Source: Gemmatimonadota bacterium (GTDB taxonomy: Bacteria > Gemmatimonadota > Gemmatimonadetes > JACCXV01 > JAHWKZ01). From it: a stretch of 64,000 nucleotides of DNA. The stretch covers positions 5,343 to 69,342 of the forward strand of contig JBDGYV010000003.1 in assembly GCA_039588915.1 (NCBI GenBank). The letters run 5' to 3'. The notes under the pieces are model-generated. The model was not told the origin of the DNA, did not search any database, and saw only the letters and a list, made by a program, of their open reading frames with translations. Below are positions 8,542 to 18,313 of this stretch, one piece after another. Positions within the stretch are counted from its first letter, which is position 1, and each line of letters opens with the position of its first letter. The translations under genes were made by a program, and so were the position numbers.

Positions 8542-10137
8542 CTAGACGCCGACTGTGGGTCTGGCCTCTGGAATCAGGACCGTGTCATGCTGTTGCCCCG
8601 GATCGGTCTCCGGGTAGGTGAGCGTGTGATGTAGGCCACGGCTCTCGCGACGCCGCTGTGCCGATTCGACGATGATCTGAGCCACCTGGAACAAGTTGAT
8701 CACCTCTCCCATCTCCGGGACCGTCGAGAAGTTCGGTATGCGACCCCCGAGTTCCCCTAGCTGGCGCGCGGCGCGTGCCAACCCGTCGTCGTCCCTGACG
8801 ATGCCTGCGCCGCCCCACAAAATGTCGCCGATCTCGGCACGCAACTGAGCGGCCGAACTCTCAACAGGTGGCGTTGATGCCATGACCGGTGGGTCGCCGA
8901 CGTCCGCGATGTGCTCTCCTAGCACATCTCGGGTCACCTCAGCGGCCCGCGCAGCAAAGACGACCGCTTCCAAGAGCGAGTTTGAAGCCAACCGATTGGC
9001 ACCATGAACCCCCGTGCACGCCACTTCACCAGCTGCGAGAAGAGCGTGAATACCGGTTCGTCCCCATAAATCGGTTTGGACCCCGCCGCACATGTAATGC
9101 GCGGCCGGCACAACGGGGAGCATATCATCAGGAGGGTCGAGGCCTCGCTCCCGACATGTCGCCAAGATGTTAGGGAATCGCTCCTCGAACGTTTGGCGCG
9201 AGATCGGGCTGCAATCGAGCCAAACGTGGCTCGCCCCGGTGGTCCTCATCTCAGCGTCAATGGCCCGCGCCACCTCGTCCCTTGGGGAGAGTTCGGCGGT
9301 TCCGTGGCTCTGCATGAACGGGTGACCATCGAGATTGCGCAGGATGGCTCCCTCGCCACGGACGGTCTCACTGATCAGAAATGGCCTCTCATCAACGGGG
9401 TATAGCCCTGTCGGGTGAAACTGGATGAACTCCATGTTGGCCACCGCCGCTCCGGCCCGGTAAGCCATCGCGATGCCATCGCCGGTCGCAATCGATGGGT
9501 TTGTCGTGAACCGATAGGCCTGACCGCACCCGCCGGTGGCCATGTAGGTCACACGGGCGCGGACCGCCACCAGCTCGCCCCCGTGGCGGTCAACGACGAC
9601 TGCGCCAACGCACCGCGGTCCACGTTCCGACTCCGTGACCCACAGGTTCAGTGCGAAATAGTGCTCGTGAATCCTCACACCCGCCCGATCCGCAGCATCA
9701 AGGAGTCCGTTTTCTATCGCCCGACCGGTGAGATCGTCGGCGCGCACGATCCGCCGCGCCGAGTGACCCCCTTCTCGAGCCAGAGAGAGCTCAGTCGGAT
9801 CGCCCGCTGAGTAGCTGAAGCGAACCCCGTAATCGATAAGCTCGCGCACCCGGGTCGGTCCCTCCTCGACCACCAGCCGTACCGCGTCAGCGTTACACAA
9901 ACCGTCGCCAGCGTGCATCGTATCGGTGATGTGCGCATCAAAGGAATCGGCGGGATCCATAACCGCGGCGATACCACCCTGCGCGTAGTTGGTGTTGGCC
10001 TCAGAGTCTTCCTTCTTGGTGATCACCGTTACAGTGCCGTGCACCGCCGCTTTGATGGCATATGAGAGACCCGCGATACCGCTCCCGAGAACCAACACGT
10101 CGGTCTCCAAAACTCGGTCCGTAGCGCGGGCGTTCAT
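8542..10137 (-). CDS. nadB: L-aspartate oxidase
   Basis: GSGIAG, AQGGIA, REGGHS, QFHPT, HYMCGG, HGANRLASNSLLE. Confidence 0.95.
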   Translation of the reverse strand: MNARATDRVLETDVLVLGSGIAGLSYAIKAAVHGTVTVITKKEDSEANTNYAQGGIAAVMDPADSFDAHITDTMHAGDGLCNADAVRLVVEEGPTRVRELIDYGVRFSYSAGDPTELSLAREGGHSARRIVRADDLTGRAIENGLLDAADRAGVRIHEHYFALNLWVTESERGPRCVGAVVVDRHGGELVAVRARVTYMATGGCGQAYRFTTNPSIATGDGIAMAYRAGAAVANMEFIQFHPTGLYPVDERPFLISETVRGEGAILRNLDGHPFMQSHGTAELSPRDEVARAIDAEMRTTGASHVWLDCSPISRQTFEERFPNILATCRERGLDPPDDMLPVVPAAHYMCGGVQTDLWGRTGIHALLAAGEVACTGVHGANRLASNSLLEAVVFAARAAEVTRDVLGEHIADVGDPPVMASTPPVESSAAQLRAEIGDILWGGAGIVRDDDGLARAARQLGELGGRIPNFSTVPEMGEVINLFQVAQIIVESAQRRRESRGLHHTLTYPETDPGQQHDTVLIPEARPTVGV

Positions 10138-11282
10138 CGTGGGCTCGAAACCATCACGTCCGCTACGAGCCTCTTCAGCAGCTCGGGATCCGAGGGCTCC
10201 AGCCTCCTACGAAGCACACCTACCGGTCGGTCATCGAACCACTCGGGTCGACACTTGATCGCGTCTTTCTCGGTGACAACAAACGGTGCATCGCGGTGCT
10301 TGACCAATAGCGCGGCGATGTCGATCTCCGTAAAGCGATGATGGTCAGGAAAAGCGACCACTTTTGTCGGCGACAAACCGGCATCCTCGGCGAATCGGGC
10401 CACTGAAACCGGGTCGGCTACGGCGGCAACAACGATCACCCTCCGATCGGCGACCTCAAACCGTCCCTCGCCTCCAGCCAGCCATCCCGCCAAGTCGACG
10501 GTGCCAGCGTCTCGCCACTGGGTCGCAGTCCCGGGTGCGTGCTCCCACCAGGAAGCCAGTGCGCGGCCGATCGACCCTGGTGGCCAGGCGCGTGTTCGGG
10601 GATCGACGCCGTTAACGACCCAGGCCCCGCGGGGCGGTCTCCACGATGGCCGTTGACGAAGCGGCCCGGAGGGCACGCACTTGGCTGGTGCTACCAGATC
10701 ACGACCCGCAAACGCGATCAGATCCAGCTCCCGGGCAACTTTCCGGTATTGCAATCCGTCATCGAGCAGGAATAGGTCGGGATCAGTCGCTGCCGACACC
10801 GCCTGCGCAGCAGCTAGACGATCGGCACCCACACCCACCCACGCGCCAGCCCGCGCGAGCAGCGCTGGCTCATCGCCGATCGCCGCCACGTCGACTGAGG
10901 TATCTCCGGGCTTCACCACGGCGACATCGTTCGCGCCACGCCCGTAGCCACGCGACAGCACCGCCACGCGGATCTGGCTGGCCAACCCTTGGGTGATCAG
11001 CCAATGAACCAGTGGCGTTTTTCCCCCACCACCCAGCGTGACATTGCCGACGCTTATCGTCGGGGCACCGAGACGGACAGCGGGCTCATCACTCTTCAGC
11101 CGACGATCGGCGGCAATCGCCCACCCCGAAGCAATTGGAGTGGCGAGCCCACGAAACGCGGCACCCAACGCGCCACCCTCGCCGTAGAGGGTCTGGCGCG
11201 CCCAACCATACGCGGCTGAGCGTTCGACGACCGTTGGCCCGCCGATGGGAAACGGGGCCGGTCGCTCTGATCTAGGGGTCAT
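10134..11282 (-). CDS. lpxK: Tetraacyldisaccharide 4'-kinase
   Basis: SVGNVTLGGGGKTP, SRGYG, GDEP, LDDGLQ, FPDHH, TEKDAIK. Confidence 0.92.
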   Translation of the reverse strand: MTPRSERPAPFPIGGPTVVERSAAYGWARQTLYGEGGALGAAFRGLATPIASGWAIAADRRLKSDEPAVRLGAPTISVGNVTLGGGGKTPLVHWLITQGLASQIRVAVLSRGYGRGANDVAVVKPGDTSVDVAAIGDEPALLARAGAWVGVGADRLAAAQAVSAATDPDLFLLDDGLQYRKVARELDLIAFAGRDLVAPAKCVPSGPLRQRPSWRPPRGAWVVNGVDPRTRAWPPGSIGRALASWWEHAPGTATQWRDAGTVDLAGWLAGGEGRFEVADRRVIVVAAVADPVSVARFAEDAGLSPTKVVAFPDHHRFTEIDIAALLVKHRDAPFVVTEKDAIKCRPEWFDDRPVGVLRRRLEPSDPELLKRLVADVMVSSPR

Positions 11283-11974
11283 CCCGAAAGGGTCGCTCGA
11301 CTGCGTCGCTCTACCCGGCGTGGTTGCTCGGTGAGCTCGCTCTCCAGCTGCCTATGGAGGGCACAGAGCCGAATGCCGAGCTCCCGGCTCGCGCTCACTC
11401 GTTCACCGGCCGCCTTCGCGACCCGAACCGCGCTTCCGTAGCGGACGCAGACACGAGCCCCGGGCCATGGGATCTCGAACCGATCCCACGACTCGACACG
11501 CCTGCAGGGTCGAGCGGCAGCAGCGACCGGCACCAGCGCGTGGCCGGTCCTGCGTGCCAGCGCCACCGCACCGGGCAGCACGCTATGGATATCGGTGTGA
11601 GCGTCAGGGGTAAGCGCCAGATCCCCTCCGGCAGCAGCGTGACGCAGCATTGCGCGAAACCCGGCCACCGGCGCCCGACGCCGAGAGCCGCGGATCGGGA
11701 CATACCCGAGCGGCCCGACGATCTTGGCTGCCATAACGCCATCCGGATGACTGGACACGAGCACGCCAACGTCCTTCCCGGCGTGGAGAGCCGCCAGTTC
11801 GAGCATCCGTCCGTGCCAGAAGCAGAAGATGACGCCGCGATCCTCGTCCCGTACCGCCTGTAGGTGCTCGAGGCCGGTCACGTCTACCCGCCACGTGCTA
11901 GACAGCGCTTTAACAAAGCGAGCCACGAACCAACCGCTATTGCTGGCCAGAAACCGAAGACGAGGACGGCTCAC
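11279..11974 (-). CDS. DUF374 / lysophospholipid acyltransferase family protein
   Basis: FWHGR, SSHPDG, IRGS, TPD, SWDRFEIPWP; the GTG start at 11974 is coupled to the upstream small ORF. Confidence 0.85.
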   Translation of the reverse strand: MSRPRLRFLASNSGWFVARFVKALSSTWRVDVTGLEHLQAVRDEDRGVIFCFWHGRMLELAALHAGKDVGVLVSSHPDGVMAAKIVGPLGYVPIRGSRRRAPVAGFRAMLRHAAAGGDLALTPDAHTDIHSVLPGAVALARRTGHALVPVAAAARPCRRVESWDRFEIPWPGARVCVRYGSAVRVAKAAGERVSASRELGIRLCALHRQLESELTEQPRRVERRSRATLSG

Positions 11975-12105
11975 TGAATTCTCCCGAGCATCCAGGTAGC
12001 AAGAATTATCGCGGCGAGCACTATCACCATCCAACGCGTTCTCACCCGCCTAGGTCGGTGCGGGGAGACGGCCTGGCGCTCCTTCCAGGCCTTGATGAGA
12101 ACCAT
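11971..12105 (-). CDS. Small single-pass membrane protein (44 aa), not in the ORF track
   Basis: MVLIKAWKERQAVSPHRPRRVRTRWMVIVLAAIILATWMLGRIQ; the ATG is separated from the lpxA stop by 1 nt and the TGA overlaps the next GTG. Confidence 0.6.
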   Translation of the reverse strand: MVLIKAWKERQAVSPHRPRRVRTRWMVIVLAAIILATWMLGRIQ

Positions 12106-12106
12106 C

Positions 12107-12892
12107 CTAAACTGTCACTCCCCGCTCGCTCTCGCTGATGAACGTGATAAAGCGAACGATCTCCGGGTAAGGATGAAGCTCATCGTTGGATCGAGCCAAC
12201 GCCTGAGTGATGTTGAGCTTGGAGTTAAAGAACAGCCGGTACGCTCGTTTGAGCTCGCTCTTTACGTTCTCCGGGAAACCGCGCCGATCGAGGCCGACGG
12301 AGTTGAGCCCGAACAAAGCCGCCGGGTCACCAGCCGCCTTGACGTAGGGCGGTACATCCTTCTGGATACGAGAGCACCCACCCACAAACGCGTGCGCGCC
12401 TATACGGACGAATTGATGAACTGGGGTCATCCCGCCAATGATGGCGTTCTCGTCTATGCTGACATGTCCAGCCAGGTTTACAGCATTTGACAGGATCACG
12501 CCGTCGCCTACGAGGCAATCGTGCGCAACATGCACGTACGCCATGAGCAAGCAGGCGTCACCGATGCTCGTGTATCCTTGCGCTAGGGTTCCGCGATTCA
12601 CGGTGACGTACTCGCGAATCACCGTACGGTTGCCGATCACGCAAGTCGTCGGTTCGCCCTGGTACTTCAGATCCTGAGGATCGCTTCCGATGATTGCTCC
12701 GTAGTGGATCTTGCAGCGCTCGCCGATTGTCGTGTCACACTCTATCACTGCGTGCGCTGCTATTTGGGTACCAGCACCGATCGTGACCCCGGGGCCGATG
12801 ATTGCGTATGGGCCGACGAAGACGTCAGCGCCGATTTCCGCACTTTCATCCACGATCGCAGTCGCGTGTATGGTTTCCGCTACCGACTTCAT
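12107..12892 (-). CDS. lpxA: Acyl-ACP--UDP-N-acetylglucosamine O-acyltransferase
   Basis: Hexapeptide repeats, PQDLKY, HVAHDC, LAGHV, HQFVRIG; ATGA overlap with the fabZ stop. Confidence 0.96.
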   Translation of the reverse strand: MKSVAETIHATAIVDESAEIGADVFVGPYAIIGPGVTIGAGTQIAAHAVIECDTTIGERCKIHYGAIIGSDPQDLKYQGEPTTCVIGNRTVIREYVTVNRGTLAQGYTSIGDACLLMAYVHVAHDCLVGDGVILSNAVNLAGHVSIDENAIIGGMTPVHQFVRIGAHAFVGGCSRIQKDVPPYVKAAGDPAALFGLNSVGLDRRGFPENVKSELKRAYRLFFNSKLNITQALARSNDELHPYPEIVRFITFISESERGVTV

Positions 12893-14241
12893 TTCTCGAC
12901 CAGTGTCGCCATCAGATCGGCTTCCGCAACCACCGTACCGTTGACTCGGGCCACACCACGCATCTTGCAATGTGCGCCGCGGCGTCGCACCATCTCGAGT
13001 TCGCACACGAGCTGATCTCCCGGCCGGACCGGATGTCTGAACCGAACGTTGTCCAGACCTGTGAAGTAAACGACTTTTTCCTCCGTGTCATCAACCAAGC
13101 TCATCAGAAGCAGGCCGCCTACCTGACCCATCGACTCGACGATCAGCACTCCAGGCATCACCGGGTGCCCAGGGAAATGACCTTGAAAGAACGGCTCACT
13201 TATCGTCACGTTCTTAATCCCGACAACGCGTTTTCCGTCTTCCATCTCGATGACCCGATCGACGAGTAGGAACGGATACCGATGTGGGATCGTGTCGAGG
13301 ATCTGCGACACGTCGAGCACTGTCTTCGAGGCTTGCTCGTGCGATGTCGCGACCGCCGGCTGCCTGCCAACATGCGGACCTGAGTTGTTCCCGCTTTCGG
13401 CCATCATTCGTCGCTTGAGGATCTGAACCAGCGCCAGGTGCGTTCGGTGACCGGAACGATGGGCGATGATGTGAGCCTGAATGTCCACGTTGAGAACCTT
13501 CAGATCTCCAAGCAGATCCAGGATCTTATGGCGGACGAGCTCGGTAGGGAATCGGAGTCGTTCCTCGCTAAGGATCTCGTCATCGCCGATAACGATCGCA
13601 TTGCGCAGATTGCCACCCCTGATGAGACCGGCCTCCCTCAGCTGTTCGATCTCGGCCAAGAAGCCGAACGTTCGAGCGGGTGCGATCTCCTTTTCGAACG
13701 TATCTGGCGTGATCTCAAACGACTCGAACTGATGCTGGACGAGCGGGTGATCAAAATCGATCGAGAATGACACTTGTAAGCGATCGGAAGGCAGCAGGGT
13801 AATCTCGACCCCGCCGTCCTCGTAGAAAATCGGCTCCTCGACGCGGTACCGCCTACGCTTGGCGTCGAGTTCGGTGAGGCCAGCTTCCTGGAGCACCTTC
13901 CAGAAGGGCAGGCTGGAGCCGTCCCCCACCGGCGGTTCGCTGGAATCGAGCTCAATCCGTAGATTGTCGATACCTCGCACGGCAAGCGCAGCGAGGACGT
14001 GCTCGATCGTGTGGACTTTGCTACCGTCGATCCCGATCGACGTCCCTCGCTCCACGCCGATTACGTGGTCAGGCTCAACAACGATCTCTGGGTGTCCCTC
14101 GAGATCCACGCGCACAAACCGGATCCCAGTGTTCGCTTCCGCGGGAACAAACGTCATGTGACACTGGTTTCCGGTGTGAAGTCCCACCCCGCTATAGGTC
14201 ACGGGATGCGCAATGGTGAGTTGCCGCTCGTTACTCGTCAT
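12889..14241 (-). CDS. lpxC-fabZ: Bifunctional LpxC deacetylase / FabZ dehydratase
   Basis: GVGLHTG, TIEHVLAAL, ARTFGF, HKILD; C-terminal PHRYPFLLVD, GHFPGHPVMPGVL. Confidence 0.96.
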   Translation of the reverse strand: MTSNERQLTIAHPVTYSGVGLHTGNQCHMTFVPAEANTGIRFVRVDLEGHPEIVVEPDHVIGVERGTSIGIDGSKVHTIEHVLAALAVRGIDNLRIELDSSEPPVGDGSSLPFWKVLQEAGLTELDAKRRRYRVEEPIFYEDGGVEITLLPSDRLQVSFSIDFDHPLVQHQFESFEITPDTFEKEIAPARTFGFLAEIEQLREAGLIRGGNLRNAIVIGDDEILSEERLRFPTELVRHKILDLLGDLKVLNVDIQAHIIAHRSGHRTHLALVQILKRRMMAESGNNSGPHVGRQPAVATSHEQASKTVLDVSQILDTIPHRYPFLLVDRVIEMEDGKRVVGIKNVTISEPFFQGHFPGHPVMPGVLIVESMGQVGGLLLMSLVDDTEEKVVYFTGLDNVRFRHPVRPGDQLVCELEMVRRRGAHCKMRGVARVNGTVVAEADLMATLVEK

Positions 14242-14270
14242 ATCGATTCCGTGAGTTACCGGAGGTTCCT

Positions 14271-15293
14271 TTAAGATTTGGATCTCACCTGGCGTTCCAG
14301 CGTCTTGATACGCTCGAACAACTCGGGGAGTCGGGAGAAAAGCGCATGCGCGCGCATTTGATCTCGATGGGATCGCGCCGGATAACCTGAGTATTCGGCG
14401 TCTGCCGGGATGTCACCAATTACTCCTCCTTGAGCGCCAACCCGGGCGCGAGCACCGATCTTCACATGCCCTACGATTCCCACCTGGCCGGCTAACATAG
14501 CGCTCTCCCCCACCTCTGTGCTGCCCGAGATACCGACTTGAGCAACTATGACAGCATTCTTACCTATTTGCACATTATGAGCAATGTGCACGAGGTTGTC
14601 AATCTTAACTCCGGACTCGATGACCGTCGCCCCAGCCGACCCGCGATCGATCGTCACGTTGGCACCGATTTCGACATCGTCACCGATCGACAATCCACCC
14701 CGCTGGGGAACCTTGTAGTGCTGCCCCAGCTTGTCGGTCGCATAGCCGAAGCCGTCGGAGCCCAGCACGGCTCCACTCTGTACGATGCAGCGCTTTCCGA
14801 GGCGCGTACCGCGATGCACCGTGACCCCGGAAAACAGTTGACTGCCATCTCCGATCTCGGTTCCCTCCTCAATGACGCACAGCGAGCCAATCACAACACC
14901 CGACCCTAGCGCCACCCCTGGACCGACGACGCAGCCGGGGCCAATCGAGACGTCGTTCGGAAGCGTGGTCGCCGGGTCCACTATCACGGACGCATGCACG
15001 CCGAGCTCAACTGCGGGCGGGGGCAACAACAGGTCAACCGCGCGCGCAAACGACAGATAGGGGTTGTCGCTCCGCAACACATTCTGCCCGTTGGGCTGGT
15101 AATCCTCGTCGACTACCAGCGCTCCGGCAGACGATGCCAAGGCTGCATCCAAGTACTTTGGGTTTGCGAGAAAAGAGAGATCCTCGGGGCCGGCGCCCTC
15201 GAGCGGGGCGACACCGCTCACCTCGATTGAGGGATCACCCTCCAGTCGGGCATCAATCGCCCTCGCCAGCTCACCCAGCGAGTACGATGGCAT
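14271..15293 (-). CDS. lpxD: UDP-3-O-acylglucosamine N-acyltransferase
   Basis: FLANPKY, GSDGFGY, TIDRG, KIDNLVHIAHN. Confidence 0.96.
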   Translation of the reverse strand: MPSYSLGELARAIDARLEGDPSIEVSGVAPLEGAGPEDLSFLANPKYLDAALASSAGALVVDEDYQPNGQNVLRSDNPYLSFARAVDLLLPPPAVELGVHASVIVDPATTLPNDVSIGPGCVVGPGVALGSGVVIGSLCVIEEGTEIGDGSQLFSGVTVHRGTRLGKRCIVQSGAVLGSDGFGYATDKLGQHYKVPQRGGLSIGDDVEIGANVTIDRGSAGATVIESGVKIDNLVHIAHNVQIGKNAVIVAQVGISGSTEVGESAMLAGQVGIVGHVKIGARARVGAQGGVIGDIPADAEYSGYPARSHRDQMRAHALFSRLPELFERIKTLERQVRSKS

Positions 15294-15323
15294 GCGGCCT
15301 CCAGGTAAACCGATGGAATTCCG

Positions 15324-15875
15324 TCAGTCCGAAGACGGCGCAACAGGCTCCGAAGCGCGGAGCTTCTGAATGACCTCCTCGGTGATGTTGAGTGCCGGGT
15401 CCCCGGCGACCAGAGCGCCGTCGTTCAGATCGAAGATCAACGAGTACTGCCCCTGTTGTCTCGTCTGATCGATCACCCGGTTTACGCGCTCGATAATCGG
15501 CTGCATGAGCTCGGCTTGACGCGTTCCAGCCTCTCCCTCAGGCCCAAACTTGCTCTGAAAGTACTCCTGCATCTCGCGCTCGAGCCTGAGCATCTCTTCC
15601 TGGCGCTCGATCTTCTTCTCCGGCGACAGAATCACCTCTTGGCGCTTGTACTCCTCAAAAAGCTCCTGCAGCCCCTGTTGTCTCTGCGCCAGCGAATCAC
15701 GCCACTCATTGGCGGTACGATTGAACTCCTCGTTGGCCTCCGTGTATCCAGGCGCCTGCTTGATGACCGCGTCGGAGTCCACGTAGGCGATCTTGAGCTC
15801 GCCACCCTGCGCCAGCGCGACTCCCGGCAAAAAAGCCAGCAACAGGGCCGCAAGAACGATCCTGGGTCTCGACAT
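15324..15875 (-). CDS. skp: OmpH/Skp periplasmic chaperone
   Basis: Signal peptide, KIAYVD, coiled coil; lies between bamA and lpxD. Confidence 0.9.
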   Translation of the reverse strand: MSRPRIVLAALLLAFLPGVALAQGGELKIAYVDSDAVIKQAPGYTEANEEFNRTANEWRDSLAQRQQGLQELFEEYKRQEVILSPEKKIERQEEMLRLEREMQEYFQSKFGPEGEAGTRQAELMQPIIERVNRVIDQTRQQGQYSLIFDLNDGALVAGDPALNITEEVIQKLRASEPVAPSSD

Positions 15876-15967
15876 GATGGATTCCCTCCTCATCGGCATT
15901 ATGATCAACATGAGAGTTTAACTTGTGCACACCCAATCTGCTGCCAACCGACGTCGGGAGCCGGGAC

Positions 15968-18313
15968 TCAGCGCTGGAGCATGCCAAACCGGAAATGCAG
16001 CTCCCAGCCCGGATCGGGGTTCCCGAGGACGTCCCGCCGGTCAAACCCATACCCATAGTCGAGCCCTAGCGGTCCAACCCCCGGCAGCTCAACCGACACA
16101 CCGATACCTGCGCCACGCTTCAAATCCGCAAATGTCATGTCACGGAACTCGCGAAACACGTCTCCGGCATCGTAGAAGATAGACGCGTATATCGTATCCG
16201 AGATCTTGAAAAAGTGCTCAGCCGTCAGGAGCAAGAACGCGTTTCCGCGATCACTGCCGCAGGAGTCGCCCTCCGGAGAACCCGAGTTGAGCAACCCGAC
16301 GCAGTTTTCCCGGTAACCGCGAAGCCCTTCGGCCGGAAACTGTACACCGCCCAAGACGAATTGCTCGGTGATCGGAACGAAGCCGGTGGCGTTGATCCCC
16401 CCGGTTTTGAACTTGAGATTTATTGTTGTCCGATCATTGAAAGTAGACGCGAACCAAGAGCTCTCGAACTCATACTTGTGGAATCCGACGTTTCCGCCCA
16501 ACGGTCCTCCCGCAAAGTCCACGTTGAGAGCGTGCCGAGCACCCTGAATAGGATGGAGACGAGGTAGCCGTGTGTCTCGAACCAAGCCGAGGGTGAGGCT
16601 CGATTCGGTGCGTGGATACTCCTCCTCTAGTTCTTCGTCGCTGCCGGTGATGTCTTCCAGGTCTACCCGCTGCCATTTGTACCCATAGAACACCCGCGTA
16701 GCGTTATCCCACGGAAGTGGCGTTCCGAAGCGGACGGTGGCGCCGAGCGCGTCCTGGCGAAAAGACTGGTTGGTAAACTTGCGATCAAAGCTAAAGAACG
16801 AAGTCGACAGAGAGGTCCTGGTGCCCAAGAACACCGGTTCGGTGTAGCCCAACTCGATATTCTGGTTATTGCTTCCGAACTCCCACCTGATCCGACCCAG
16901 TCTTGCGCGTCCGAAAAGGTTCGGTTGCTCGTAACCGATAAACCCTGACAAACCAGTCCCGCCTCCCACCGCTGCGCCCAATGAGAGCGATCCCGTCCTG
17001 CGCTCGGTCAGCTCAAATGACAGATCGATATCCCCTGTCTCTTCATCGACCACGCGTGTCGTCGGGATGATCCCTGGTTCGAAGAATCCAAGGCCTTCCA
17101 GTGCCAGCAGGCTGTTGCGAACGTCAGTCCGGCGAAAACGTTCTCCCGGTTGCACGAAGAGCTGCCTTCGAATGACCGATTCGTGAGTGACCGTGTTGCC
17201 CTTGATCGCTACCCGTTGGATGTAGGCCGGGCTCCCCTCGCGGATCTGCCAGGTGAGATCGACCACAGCGGTATCTGGGCGCACCCTGCGTACGGGTTGC
17301 ACCTGGGCGTAGATGTACCCGTCATCGGCGTAGAGGTTCAATAGGTCAGCCTGGGTCTCCTGGACCGCTGCGGTATCGAACACGCCCCCCGATTCTACCT
17401 TGACGAACTCGCGCAAATCGGTCCGAGAGAAGCGGGTGTTGCCCTCGATCTCGATATCGCCGGTCCGATAACGGATACCTTCGTCGACGGTCGCGAAAAG
17501 CCTCATCTTACCTTCCGCTTCGTCGACCGTCAGTGAGTCCGAAACCACTTTCATGTCCAGATACCCATGACGCCCGTAGAATGACGGAAGCACTTGAGTC
17601 AGATCGGTCCGCCATTTGATCTCATCGAACTCGCCATCCTTCCAGAACCAGAAGCCTTCGGGCTCTGTTTCCATCTCTTTCCGCAGCTTCTTGTCAGAGA
17701 ACGTCTCATTGCCGTCAAACTCGATCGTCTTGATGGCGACTTGCCGGCCTTCACTGACGACAACGGACACCACCGTCGAATCTGCCCCTGGTGCCTGGGC
17801 TTCGATGTCCACGCTGGCGAGATAGAAACCCCTGACCCGATACAACTCCCTCAGGTCAAACCCGGCCTGGTGCACGCGGCTTTCGACCAACCGATCACCA
17901 GGTCGTAGCTTGAGCGCCGTCTCCACATCGCTATCGTTTATCTTGTCCACACCCTCGAACTCGAGCGCCGTTACAACCGGCGCCTCTTCCACGCTCAGCA
18001 CGATCGTCACGCCACCATCGCCCGGGCGAGTGTCGATCTGGATGTCATTGAAGAGGTAGGTCTTCCACAGGGTTCGAATCGCCTGCTGCATCACACGCGG
18101 ATTGAAAACCGCGTCACGCCGCAGGCCCGAGAGGGCCTGGACCCGCTGGGGATCGATCGTCTGCGTTCCTTCAACAACGATTTCGGATATCCGCATCCCA
18201 GTGGCTTGGGAATGCAGCGGTGGCGCAGCAAGCAGAAAAGCAACGACTACCAGGCTGAAGGGCAGTAGGGAGCGCGCCAGCGCGCGGGCGGGGGCAGCCC
18301 GCGACGCCGTCAA
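15968..18313 (-). CDS. bamA: Outer membrane protein assembly factor BamA
   Basis: Signal peptide, POTRA repeats (GN..T/F motifs), LRGY, C-terminal barrel [10 protein letters not shown]. Confidence 0.94.
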   Translation of the reverse strand: MTASRAAPARALARSLLPFSLVVVAFLLAAPPLHSQATGMRISEIVVEGTQTIDPQRVQALSGLRRDAVFNPRVMQQAIRTLWKTYLFNDIQIDTRPGDGGVTIVLSVEEAPVVTALEFEGVDKINDSDVETALKLRPGDRLVESRVHQAGFDLRELYRVRGFYLASVDIEAQAPGADSTVVSVVVSEGRQVAIKTIEFDGNETFSDKKLRKEMETEPEGFWFWKDGEFDEIKWRTDLTQVLPSFYGRHGYLDMKVVSDSLTVDEAEGKMRLFATVDEGIRYRTGDIEIEGNTRFSRTDLREFVKVESGGVFDTAAVQETQADLLNLYADDGYIYAQVQPVRRVRPDTAVVDLTWQIREGSPAYIQRVAIKGNTVTHESVIRRQLFVQPGERFRRTDVRNSLLALEGLGFFEPGIIPTTRVVDEETGDIDLSFELTERRTGSLSLGAAVGGGTGLSGFIGYEQPNLFGRARLGRIRWEFGSNNQNIELGYTEPVFLGTRTSLSTSFFSFDRKFTNQSFRQDALGATVRFGTPLPWDNATRVFYGYKWQRVDLEDITGSDEELEEEYPRTESSLTLGLVRDTRLPRLHPIQGARHALNVDFAGGPLGGNVGFHKYEFESSWFASTFNDRTTINLKFKTGGINATGFVPITEQFVLGGVQFPAEGLRGYRENCVGLLNSGSPEGDSCGSDRGNAFLLLTAEHFFKISDTIYASIFYDAGDVFREFRDMTFADLKRGAGIGVSVELPGVGPLGLDYGYGFDRRDVLGNPDPGWELHFRFGMLQR

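Noticed and set aside
12889-14241. LpxC-FabZ fusion as a novelty
   Set aside because: An established architecture in Bacteroidota and related phyla.
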